Assembly: GCF_009914755.1 (NCBI RefSeq) | Contig: NC_060930.1 | Reading direction: 5' to 3' (one strand) | From: the human T2T-CHM13v2.0 reference genome, Homo sapiens | Length of the DNA: 64,000 nt | Shown here: positions 15,550 through 35,850 of the stretch, one piece after another | Position numbering within the stretch: the first letter of the stretch is position 1 | How the letters are laid out: the number at the start of each line of letters is the position of its first letter | Made by a program: the position numbers and the translations under genes | Notes under the pieces: model-generated | What the model was told of the DNA's origin: nothing | Databases searched by the model: none | Seen by the model: only the letters and a program-made list of their open reading frames with translations

Positions 15550-16535
15550 CATCCAGTAAGGTAGCTACTAGCCAAATACAGCTATTTAAATTAAAATCGA
15601 TTAAAATTAGAAATTCAAATCCTCCTCCTATGATGTTTCTAGAGAAGCCAAATTCATAGACACAGAATGTTTTCAGGGGTTGGGGGAAAAGACGAATGGG
15701 GAGTTCTATGTTTAATGGGTATGTAGTTTCAGCTGGGGGAATATGAGAACATTCTGGAGATGGATGGTGGTGAGGGGCGCATAACAGTCACATTGTTATG
15801 TGGCCCTCACCGCCAAAAATGGCTAAAACTGTAAATGTTATGATGTTATATATATTTTATCACAATAAAAATTTGGGGGTTCCTCAGTTTCATCGTGGCA
15901 AGTACTCAATAGCCACATCCAGCAAGTGGCTAACGTATTGGACAGCACAGACACAGAACAGCAGTCCCCAACCTTTTTGGCACCTGGGACCAGTTTTGTG
16001 GAAAACAATTTTTCCAGGGACCAGTGGGATGGTGGGGTGGTTTCAGGATGATTCAAGCTGGTTACATTTATTAGGCAGTTTATTTCTATTATTATTGCAT
16101 TGTCCTATATAATGAAATAATTCTCAAGTCACCATAATGTAGAATCAATGGGAGCCCTGAGCTTGTTTTCCTGCAACTAGACAGTCCCATGTGGGGTTGA
16201 TGGGAGACAATGACAGATCATCAGGCACTGGATTCTCATAAGGAGCGTGCAACCTAAATCCCTCACATGTGCAGTTCACAACAGGGTTTGCACTCCTATG
16301 AGAATCTAATGCCACTGCTGATCTGACAGGAGGCAGAGCTCAGGCAGTAATGCGAGCAATGGGGAGTGGCTGTAAATACAGACGAAACTTCGCTTGCTCC
16401 CCCACTGCTCACCTTCTGCCATGCAGCGCAGTTCCTAACAGGCCACAGACTGGTACAGGTCTGTGGCCCGGGGTTTGGGGATCCCTGACATAGAACATTC
16501 TTATCCTCACAGAAAGTTCTAGAGGCCAGCACTAC
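15550..16535. mobile_element. MER3-like MITE split by an L1 3' fragment (~15625-15875) and MER1A
   Basis: Collinear MER3-like pieces at ~15550-15625, 15880-15958 and 16488-16535. Confidence 0.6.
15959..16487. mobile_element. MER1A (hAT-Charlie)
   Basis: TIRs cagcagtccccaacc / ggtttggggatccctg; 8-bp TSD acacagaa/acatagaa; ~530 bp. Confidence 0.88.
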
Positions 16536-16627
16536 ACCAGTTCCTGGTAACAAAAATTCAATCTTAAAATCCTTTGCTAAGGGTCCTAGAGGGATTAGGC
16601 ATTACTGGATAAAAGTAGGAGTTGGTG

Positions 16628-16946
<319 letters not shown>

Positions 16947-17289
16947 TCAAAACCCTGTAGGGCTCTCTCTTTCCTTCGTTCTTGAAACATATAGTATTAA
17001 TTCCACAATGTTCTTTAGTCCTAGAAAACCGCTTAATTGGTAAGCAGCCTTCCTAATTGACCAAGAGCGTGTATATTTCACAGGAGTAAAGGAAGTATAG
17101 ACCGTGGTTCAGTGTTAAGGCTGTGAAGTCAGCAAGACTTGGGGTTTAAACTATCAGACCTTGAAAAAGATACTTAGCTTTTGAGACTCAATTTCAAAAT
17201 CTACAAAATGGACTTGATAATGAAAATAAACATCTCATAGGGCTGTTACAATAAATGAGATCAAGGACCTAAAACAATTATTAAAACTA

Positions 17290-19450
<2,161 letters not shown>

Positions 19451-19531
19451 AGGTTTCATGAGTAAATACACAAAAATAAAAAACCCAGTATGAAACTCAA
19501 AGAAGGATCAAGAAAAGGAACCAACGTCTTA

Positions 19532-19850
<319 letters not shown>

Positions 19851-21049
19851 ATATAAAATATAGAGATGTATATACATTAAATTATTTTCCTAAATTTCTT
19901 ATTTCCTTCTTAACTATACCTCATCATGTCTTTTTCTCTGGTCTAACCTAATCCAATACAGACTGAAAAGTAACGTTTTATTTCCCTATTGTAACCAACA
20001 ATTTTCCCCCAAAACTCTACAATTGTCTAAAACACTTGTTAATACTTGATAATATCTTAGTAAATTTCATTTACTATATATAATACTTTGATGTTTGAAT
20101 TTGCAATAGGTGTAGGCAAACATACATATTTCAGATAAGACAATGACTGAATAAAGAAAAATTAAGCAGGTACAGATGTGCATAGATATTACTCCACTAT
20201 AAGCAACTCCTCAGCCCCACCTTATCCACCCATACTTTTCCAGTTCAACTGAATCCAGTTCAACACATTGCTGATGACATACAGTATAGGCAGTAATGTG
20301 GAAGCAAATGGCCCAAAATCTAACCAGCTTTCTTCTTCATCAGTGATTACATGCTACCCAGTCACAGTACTGCCATTACAAGTCAATCTTAGCAAGAGCA
20401 GGGCATGAACTGAAAATGAAACAGGACTTCAAGTTTAAAAATATCAGACAGATAACATGTTCATCTTCCCTTCCCATGCTAACTCCCTAAAAATAATAGA
20501 AATGGTGTGCATAATAAACAAATAGGTGCACAATGAAACATGGATAGTTAAGTTTGAAACAAAAAGGAGAACTCAAAATTGACAACCAGGAAATCCTTAA
20601 GAAACACAAAGATGAGATTGAAGAGGGAATCTGCAGTCCTTGACTATGAATGGCAGAGTTCTGCTGTAGAGTGTAGAACTGGTGGAATCCCACAACAGGA
20701 AGGAATATGAAGACAAGCAACAGAGTCATTATTTGGAGAATAACAGTGAAAACAGCCAAGCAGATAAACTCTGTGCACCATGGCCCACTCACCCAAACTT
20801 ACCCTACACACACTAGGATATCTTCTAGGTGAAAGCAGTAAATGGAGGAGGTTGGGCATGAGAAGGAAGGCAGTGCCCCCAGTGCTAGTGATGCCCAGAA
20901 GGACAAGGAAGCATCCCCACTACTGCCCTCAAAGTCCTCTCACCTCTCCTAACTCTCACTACAATGTGTGGAGAAGAGCACTATCAGAGGTGGATACAGT
21001 ACCATCTTCCCTCCAACATTTCCTTGAACATCAAATATTCGAGTAATGC

Positions 21050-21990
21050 CAAGATTATGGAAGACAACATAGACTCAACAAATGTAAGAATGTACACCTG
21101 AAGAAGCAGAGTTAATAACAGAATCACAGCAAACTGTCAAGCTAAATATACTTCAGAGACTCAGAGATGTAAGAAAATATGGCATTCATGAAACAAGAAC
21201 AGACAGTTTCAGAGGAAGAGCAGTTATGAAAAAGGGGTATATAGATCTTGGCAATAAAAATGTATGAATGTATGGATTAAAAAGCAGAATAAACACAGAT
21301 GAAGATGGAAATAGTGGACTGGCTAGTCAAAGTCTCTCAAGATGCAGTACAAAAGAATAGAGCACTGGAAAGTATGAAATCAAAGTTAAAGTGGCATCAG
21401 GAATAAGATTCAGAAGAACCATTATTTTACTAAAGAAGTTCCAAAAGGAGAGAATGCAGAATATGGGGAGGAAGCAACATTTAACTAAATAATAGAGAAG
21501 CCTTTCCTAAATTAACAAAAGATAAAACTCAAAATGAACAGACTCACAAAATAAAATGGAGAAACTTAAAAACAAGCCCACACCTAAAAAAAAAAATCAT
21601 AGTGTAACTTCAAAATATCAAGGATATCTATAGGAACAAAAAGAGAAGTGAAAAAAAATTTTTTAAATCAAGGATAACAATAAAATCCTTAGAGGGGGAA
21701 ACAATTACCTATGAAAGAACTAGAAAGGCATCAGATGCTTATCAACAACACGGATATGAGAAGACAACAGAACAGATCTTAAAAAGACAAAAGGAAAAAA
21801 AATCTGTGAACTCATTAATATACCAATCATATTATTTTTCAAATCTGAGAGTGAAATAAAGATATTTTCAGATATTCAAGGACTTAGGAAGTTTATTTCC
21901 CACTTAATCCCTTTGAAATAATTACTCAAGGATGTAACTCCTGAAAGAAAAATACACCCAAAATGAGTACAATGTAATCAGCAATGGAAA
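21050..21990 (+). mobile_element. Ancient L1 ORF1-like remnant
   Basis: A-rich; aagaagttccaaaaggagagaat...aaataatagagaa...gtgaaataaagatattttcagatattcaaggact. Confidence 0.55.
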
Positions 21991-22328
21991 ACAATGAATG
22001 GTAAAAGAGAGGTAAGTCAAAGAATGCTACGGTTGCTGCTAGAAAAGCATAGTTAAGTATTTTTTTTAATTTAAGGATAACCATTTCAAATATAAATGAA
22101 AATATAAATATGTACAAAAATGCATTTTAAAACGGTCCAGAAGGATACACAGCAAATGGCAAAGTGTAGGTAGAAGGAGAATTTAGGAGGATCATGAAAA
22201 GGAATTTGGTTTTAATTTTAAAAATGAAATATATTCACATACATATATAATTAAAATTGGCTTTGAAAAGGAAAGAAAAACAATTTTTAATGTCTAGGGA
22301 GTCATGAGGGACACTGAAATGGGAAGGT

Positions 22329-22786
<458 letters not shown>

Positions 22787-23139
22787 CTATAATCTGTCAA
22801 TGAAAATAAGTAAATAAGATAAAACAAAATTTACAAAGTAAAAAGAGACAACTGACATGCTGTTTTATGTTTAATTCCAAAGATGCACAAGTTCACTGAA
22901 AACCTTTGATATTCCCTTTCACTTTATTTGCCAAACACAAATGTTTCAAAATATTAAATACTCCTTAAATTGTGATTTCAACTCCACATTTTCTCTTTCA
23001 GTTGTGCTCTTAGGGTTTCTGTTTTATGCATACAATAAATATGTGGGTTAATGGGCCCAAAGTAGTTGCTTGGTAAATGTTGGTTAGACAAAAAATATGT
23101 AAAACATGGTTCCCATCTCAGAGAAACTTAGAAATCCAG

Positions 23140-25690
<2,551 letters not shown>

Positions 25691-26839
25691 AGTTACAGCT
25701 GTCATAAAAAAATGTAACCTTAAAGATAAGAACGGAAACCCTAACAGTTATAGTTGCTCTGCTATCACATCCCAAACAGCAAGTGTTTAAACAATGCAAA
25801 GTGGAGGGAAATGCTTGTGGGCCAGGGGAGAGACCCAGTGGATCACACAGATTATGAATGCAGATTTAAAGTACTGCAGAATTTGGATGGGGTTGAGAGA
25901 AGGAGCAGGCAGGAGCTCCTCCAGAAGAGGGAAGTCCAAATGTAAGCAAAGGCACAATGCCTTACATGGAACAGGAAAATATGCATGCAATGAGAACTCA
26001 TGGCTATCATGTATGAAGGTGCCTACAATGTGCCAGGCACTACTTTAGGCACTCTACATGCTTCATCCCATTCATGCTCCTTCAAGAATAGATATTATTA
26101 TCCCCATTTCACAGGTGAAGAAATTCTGGTTTTGGTGGAGTGCTCACCTACAGCCTTCACCACCTAGAGCCTTCACTACCAATCAGAGCCTTTACCACCA
26201 ATCAGCTGTGTGTCACATTAAATACTATACTCTAATTTGCATATCTCATGATTTAAAGTTTACAGGCTTAGAAAGGTCAAGTAACATTCAAACGGAGGGC
26301 TGGCCCACTCATGGTCTATGCATTCTATTTCTGCTGTGCAACACTGCCCCCAATTAATGCAAGCAAAACTCCTCGTTAAATTATGTACAAGTGCAAAAAT
26401 ATTCATGTGTTTATAAATGCCTTTCTTCCCAATTTATACTGCTAGATATGGGCGTAGATTTTAATGTTTCTCCAGCAGGGTCTGTAAGTCTCTATGTGGT
26501 ATGATCATCCACGCTGATGACCTGTAGAAGTTGAATCTCCTCCTCCTGGGAGGGTGGCGAGGTGACAGACACCACTGTGAAGGGGGGAGGGAGTATGTAT
26601 GCATGTTTACATACACAGAAATGCTGGGAACTAAATACACATACAGCTGCAACAACACATACAGCTGAAGTATTTCCTTTTCCCTGCCTGCCAAATTCAA
26701 TCATGGGCCACCAACCATTAAACAGCTGAGAAAGGGTGGCCTGGATCAGCAAGAACACCATCAACTTTGCAGGGACTCCCTAGTTCCGAATAGATGCATT
26801 TTATTACATTCAGCTAGGGTGTATGGAAATACGCTGTGC

Positions 26840-27418
<579 letters not shown>

Positions 27419-28555
27419 TAATACTAAACTGTAGTCTAATTTGCTTATCTCATGAATTAAAATTTACAGGGGACCTTCTCCTTGAGGTGTTCTACAAAAT
27501 GGCTTCATTCCAGTTGCTCTTCAAATCCTTAAGTCAGAACACATTAGTCTTCATAAAATCAACTTGTGGGGATTAAACAGCAACAGCATTAAATAACAAT
27601 AAAGAGATTTAAAAACAAAAAACTAGAAAATATCGGAGCACATGGTACAGCACAAGAGTAAAATTACGGCTTGGTGAAATTTCCCTGGGTTTATTTGCAT
27701 GTATGTGGGTACTCGCTCAGAGTATAAATGTTTTTTACTGTGGGCCAGGGTAAAAAATGTTGTAGGCCATGGCTTTACATCAGGAAAGGTTTCTTATATA
27801 TCGGAAATGGACTGCTGACAAAAATCTTCCCTCTAATCTCCTCTCACCCTCTCCTCAAGTACCTCCACTTAAGAACCTCATAGAGCCTGGGTAGCTTAGC
27901 CCAGGTAAAGCGTTAATCTGAGGATCCAGGGTTCAAGGACAGGCACTAAAAAAAAAAAAAAAGTCCCCTAGAGTACAGCTCTGAGTTCCCCAAAGGGTCT
28001 CACTCTACAATAGGCATGGTAGAGGCAGTGAGCTTATGCCAGGAAGGGAGGCACTTCAGCCTCTCAGCCTCCTGCAGAAGGCTGGGCTTTCTCCACCAAC
28101 ACCTCCCTAGGCATTACCCTCTGCCTCAGGCTTCTAGGTAGGCAAAAGAGAATGAAGGATGACAGCCCCCCTAAAAGGAGCAATCGGGGGACAAGTCTTC
28201 AAAAATCCGCTACAGGAGGGCTCCCCTTCAACCTACCCAGAAAGTTGCTGTAGTGAGATGAAATGTTCAAGCAGGCAGTTTGTTCTAATTTCAGGAAGGT
28301 TCCCTGAACACTGGCCAAGTGTGAGGCAGGGCTGCAGACACAAAGAAAAACGATTCATCCCCCAGCAATCAGAGGGGAATACAGACATGACAAACTGGCA
28401 ATTACCATGCACGGCCAGCTAGGTGTTCTAGGCACTGAGAGAGGCTCCCTGGAGGAGTAATATCTGAGTCTTAAAGGAGAGGAGGCATGGAACAGATGAA
28501 TGAGGGAAAGGTTGTTCCAGGAAGAGATTTGCAAGTTCAGGAAACTGGAGGTTAG

Positions 28556-29712
<1,157 letters not shown>

Positions 29713-30525
29713 GGAAATCACTAAGGATTTTAAGGGGAGATTAATATGATTTACATTTCATTAAGTTCACTCCAGAAACAGACTCCCTTGCGGGTCCCAG
29801 TATGGAATTAGGAGGTTGTTCTAGAACACAAATGACAAAGAACTAAGGCACAGGCTGTGGAAACAGGACTTGTGAGTGCAAATCTGTGTCACATTAGGCA
29901 TGAGGGACAAGGGAGACAGAAGCCCTGGGTTCCTGACCTGGCAGCCCAGCCACCAAGAAGGTTAGGGGCTTCCTAACCCTAGCTAGGCAGCTAGCCACCA
30001 AGCAGCTGAACAAATATTTGAACTTGTTGAGTCTGAGGGGCTTGCTGGTCTGCAGCTCACATTGGGAAAGGACTCAGGGCCTCAGAAGGGAGGTAAAAAT
30101 GTGACAGGCTTGAAGCAGGGAATGAAGGCTGCTGAGCTAGCCCATGCCTGATGGTCCTTTTCCCCCTGACCTCGTTGGGTGAAAGTGAGGGCATGTTTGA
30201 GGAGTTTTAGCCTTGGCCACAGCGAAACAGCTCAAACCAACCCACTCCAACCTCTCATCAACCTGTGGTTGCCATTTACTGACCACCTACATAGCACACA
30301 GTGTCATCTCTCAAGGTGGTAACACTCATCCTTTACAAATGTCAATGACACCTCCCATGCAGATACTCATCAATGGCCATGATGTTTCAGTCAAGCAGGC
30401 TGAGTAAGCTCTAGGGATCTGATATACAACAGTGTACCTACAATAGCATATTATATGCTTAAAAACATATTAAGACAGATCTCATGTTAGGTGTTTTTAC
30501 CACAATGACATTTTTAAAAACTGTC

Positions 30526-30826
30526 GGCCGGGCGCGGTGGCTCACGCCTGTAATCTCAGCACTTTGGGAGGCTGAGGCGGGTGGATCACGAGGTCAGGAG
30601 ATCAATCGAGACCATCCTGGCTAACACGGTGAAACCCCGTGTCTACTAAAAATACAAAAAATTAGCTGGGCGTGGTAGCGGGCGCCTGTAGTCCCAGCTA
30701 CTCAGGAGGCTGAAGCAGGAGAATGGCGTGAACCCAGGAGGCGGAGCTTGCAGTGAGCAGAGATCGCGCCACTGCACCCCAGCCTGGGCGACAGAGCAAG
30801 ACTCTGTCAAAAAAAAAAACAAAAAA
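30526..30826 (+). mobile_element. AluY
   Basis: CpG-rich, Y diagnostics, TSD aaaaactgtc. Confidence 0.93.
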
Positions 30827-30984
30827 CTGTCAAGGTGTAAAGTACCAATTCAAAGGTACTTAGGGAACATCTAGGCATTGAGAACCTTTATGTCTGTGGA
30901 ATATTATAAGGCAACAAAGTGTTCTTTATCTGGGGATATATATATACATATGGCCATGGATGATAATAGACTTCCTGATTGGTT

Positions 30985-31322
30985 TTCTTTTTCTTTTTTT
31001 TTTTTTTTTTTGAGAGAGAGGGTCTCACTCTGTCTCTCAGGCTGGAGCTCAGTGAGTGGCTCAATCATAGCTCACTGCAGCCTCAAACTCCTGGGCTCAA
31101 GTGATCCTTCTGCCTCAGCCTCCCAAGTAGCGAGGACTACAGGCACACACCACCTCCACCACACCTAGCTAATTTTTTCATTTTTTTTGTTGGGGGATGG
31201 TGGTTAGAAGCAGGGTCTCGCCATGTTGTCCAGGCTGGTCTTGAACACCTGGGCTCAAGCAATCCTCCCACCTTGGCATCCCAAAGTGTTGGGATTACAG
31301 GCATTAGCCACTGAGCCTGGCA
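30985..31322 (-). mobile_element. Alu (J-type)
   Basis: Reverse dimer. Confidence 0.9.
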
Positions 31323-32433
31323 ACTTCTTGATTTAAATCTTTATTCTCTATATTTAGAAGACATCAATGTGGCCTTTTGCCATTTTTCCCATATGGGTTA
31401 TTACACACGTGCTTGAAGAATAAAAAACGGTTGTCATTTGAAGGGATATTAGGTATTGGTAAGCAACTTCTGCCTTTCTGTAAAATTTTAATATTATATT
31501 CCAAAGGGGGCTTTTTCCTATTAGTCTAAAATTTGGGCCCAATGGCCTGTGTAACACAAAGTATAGAAAAATACAAACACACGATTTTGCAGTTTGTAGC
31601 TTAACAAAATTAAAATTGTTGTTAAAACAAACTGAGGCCTCAGTGCTTACCCACAACAAACACTCAATAGATGTTTGTTGGGATGATTACATGAAAGTGA
31701 CTGAGCAGAATTTGAGGCTAAATTAACTGAAGCTTTAAAAAGAAAATTCATGTCTGACTTTGGCCCAGATCAGCACTTGGAACTGGGTATCAAGAGGATC
31801 AGCTTTATGCCTAGGTGAAGTTTATTTACTGTGGTCAGGGACACCAAATAGACCTCACCTCTCCTCCACTTGGTGCTATCAATACCCAGATTTTCCAGAG
31901 ATCTCAGCCTTCGAACTGGACTGCTGTAGACCCCAGGAAATTCAATCACCCAAGGAACAGCACTATGGGGAGGGGTCATCAAATTGAGCCATTATCAGTC
32001 TTTAACACCTGAAGGCTAATCACTTAATCCGGAATTATCCAGTAACCAGCAGAGCCCTGTCAAAAACCAACAGGCCTTAGTAAAAAAAGAAGGGAGAAAA
32101 AGATGGATTAGTGCCTCGAGTACAACAGGGCTGCCTGGGGACCCTGCCTGACTGATCTGAGGGTTAGGAATGCTTACAACAAAGAAGAAACCAGAAATCA
32201 GGAAAATGGGAATTGAAAGCCAATGTTCACCTCCTTACACAGCTCTTAAGGTTGGCCCTGCCATCCTAAGCTCAAGGATCTCTACAGGAAGAATGAGATA
32301 TCATATGAAATGCACTTCACAAACTCTATTGAGAAGTATTATAATTAAGGAGAGTTCTCTGAGAGGTAGCATCTTTGAATAGGCTCAAAACAGGAAAATA
32401 AACTATTTAATGCAAGAATTAAGATAACATAGT

Positions 32434-32805
<372 letters not shown>

Positions 32806-33550
32806 CTAGGATTCAAGTCCCAACTCTCCATTTACTAGCTATGTGACCCCATACATGTCCCCTTGCCCATGAGCCTTCATTTCCTCCTCTATCAGCATAC
32901 ACGCATACACACGGACACACACACAGGCACACAAGGACACACGCACAGGACACACGCAGGCACACAAACACACTCCCCTTCTTTTTTCCCACCCCAAGCC
33001 TAGGCAACGAGAGGGTCTTCAGTGGAATGTGACTATAGTAAGAGGCTCACTCAACCTTAAGGGAAAATTAGAATTTCTTCGCTATTAGTATTCTGTGGAA
33101 TCAACAAACGCTTAAGTGTCTATGTGCTTATGGTTTTAGGAAGAGGCCCCTGGTGTGTTTCTATTTGCAGCTTTCTCTGTGGCTCCTTTAAATTTCTGAA
33201 GCTTACGTTGATCAATGGAACTACTTATACATTCAAGACCCAGGAGTTCAATAAGAAATTCCAACCCAAGTGGGAATGAATCATATGACTAATACTACTA
33301 CTAACAAAAGCTATGCAAAAATCACGAAGATTCACTGTCCATTTGATTAACTACTTAGTAAGGAAAATTAAATGCAAACAGAACACATATTTTTCAAAGG
33401 CATAAAGATTTTTGAAGGTGATTCTTTTATTTAGCGTGAAAACTAAATCTTTATGAAATCCTCTCAAGTCACACTGGCAAATAACTAAAAAACATGATAA
33501 ATACCACATATGAATATTTCCTTAACATATGTATTCAGTAGCAGTCCTAA

Positions 33551-34352
33551 TGATAAGGGGAGTGCTGGGAAGGGAAGGGTGTGGTCCCTTTAAACGGTAT
33601 GGAAGGGAGAAGGGAAGTGCCAGGCAGAGAGAAGGGCATGGTCCCTGGCTAGGGCTGCACCCCCACAGGCCTAGGTGAGGTCAGGCATTTCCGGCCCAAA
33701 TGTTGCAAGACCACCGTGGCCTGCCACATCCCCATCCTGTGCCTACAAAAACCCAAGACCCAAGCAAGGCAGACACAGAAGCAGCTGGATGTCGAGAGGA
33801 GCACATCAGTGGAGGAACACACAAGCGGCTGGACATCGAGAGGAGTGGATTGGTGGAAGAAGATTCAAGCAGTTAGACGTCGAGAGGACGTTGGGAGCAC
33901 ACCAGTTTGGCCGGAGTGGTCAGAAAACAGCTGCCTGACTCCAGGGAAAAACCGTCTCCCTTCTGGCTCCCCTATCTGCTGAGAGCTACTTCTATTCAAT
34001 AAAATCTTGCACTCATTCTCCAAGCCCAGGTGTGATCCGATTCTTCCGGTACACCAAGGCAAGAACCCAGGATACAGAAAGCACTCGGTCCTTGCAACAA
34101 GGTAGAGGGTCTAACTGAGCTGGTTAACACAAGCCCATAGATGGCAAAACTAAAAGAGCACCCTGTAACACATGCCCACTGGGGCTTCAGGAGCTGTAAA
34201 CATCCACCCCTAGACACTGTCGTGGGATCAGAGCCCCACAGCTTGCCTGTCTGTGTGCTCCCCTAGAGGTTTGAGCAGCAGAGCACTTAAGAATCTAGCC
34301 AAACCCCCATCACACACCCTGCAAGGGGGACAAGCGAACTTTTCCCGTTTTA
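33551..34352 (+). mobile_element. Solo ERV1 LTR, LTR1 family
   Basis: Begins tgata...gtgctgggaagggaagggtgtggtccctttaaa, internal gctggacatcgagagg repeats, AATAAA at 33998-34003, ends aacttttcccgtttta. Confidence 0.82.
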
Positions 34353-34720
34353 CATTGGTAAAAATGTTCTGATTTACCAATGTGCCTGCAAAAAGGGAAA
34401 GGTATTCTTACAAACTTTTTAACAATCACTTTGAGAGTGCACTAAGGTTGGCTTTACGCAGTCCTCTATTTTATACACTGAGAAATGGAGCCGAAGTCTT
34501 TCTCAGAGGACCACAAGAGGAGAAGGTCGACCAGCAAGCACCCTGGACCCTGTAGCCCAGGAGTGAAGAAACTTTTTGTCTGCAGTGTCACAGCAGAACC
34601 AGGAAAGGCCATCACAAGAGAACTCTAAGGCTCTGGCACAGGAGGGAGAACAAAAAATATTTTTTTAAAAAATAAAAGGATACCAAAAGAATAAAGGAGG
34701 TAGAGAAGAAAGAAGGAAGA

Positions 34721-35083
<363 letters not shown>

Positions 35084-35735
35084 TTACTATGGGCTGGGGG
35101 AGGATTGAATAACACAGGGGGTGAACTTGGGGCAGACTCAGTTATCTTTGAAAGACAAAAGATGATCTCTCAAACCCAAAGTCATCGGCTCTTATCCAGA
35201 ACTTGCTGTTTGTGCCTCCCGTTTCCATTAGACTACCCTCTATCTAGTATTAAAATGGAAGAGATCGCTAATAAAAGTAGAGAGTCAGTACTCTCTGATG
35301 CCCTGAATCACTGACACAGGTTTATAAAACATCTGATATAGAAAGATACTCTCTAAATACAGGCATTCGAACAAGTATTTACCTAAAGTTTAACTTTGGG
35401 CACATCATTTTAACCTATTATGTAGTTTCATCTGTTCCAACTCTTCTGTATTTCCAGGGCCAGAAGGAAATCTAAGAGATAAGCTGTGTCCAGGGCTGTA
35501 GTCAAGCCAGCTCTTTTTGGATAAGGCAGAATTACAAGAAAAGGGGCTTACATTTCCATATACTTGATCCTCTTCTAAATACTTCGCTCATTTCTAGCTC
35601 ATGATAGGGCAGTAGAAAAGCCCCCTGGTATCTCTGAGCCATGATTTCAGTATCAGTATAACTGTTATCTCTACTTACTTCCAAGGAACAATGAAAAGGT
35701 GAATTCCCTAATATTTTTAAAATTATTTTAGGAAA

Positions 35736-35850
35736 AAGCCATGCACAGTCATGCATGCCTATAATCCTAGCTACTTGGGAGGCTGAAGCAGGAAGATTGC
35801 TTGAGCCCACAAGTCCGAGACCAGCCTAGGCAATATAGAGAGACCCAGTC
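35736..35850 (+). mobile_element. Alu monomer (FLAM-like)
   Basis: Single arm. Confidence 0.75.

Noticed and set aside
33770-33900. Spaced direct repeats (gctggacatcgagagg-like, three copies) resembling a CRISPR-like array
   Set aside because: Internal tandem repeats of the LTR1 element in a eukaryotic genome; no cas genes.
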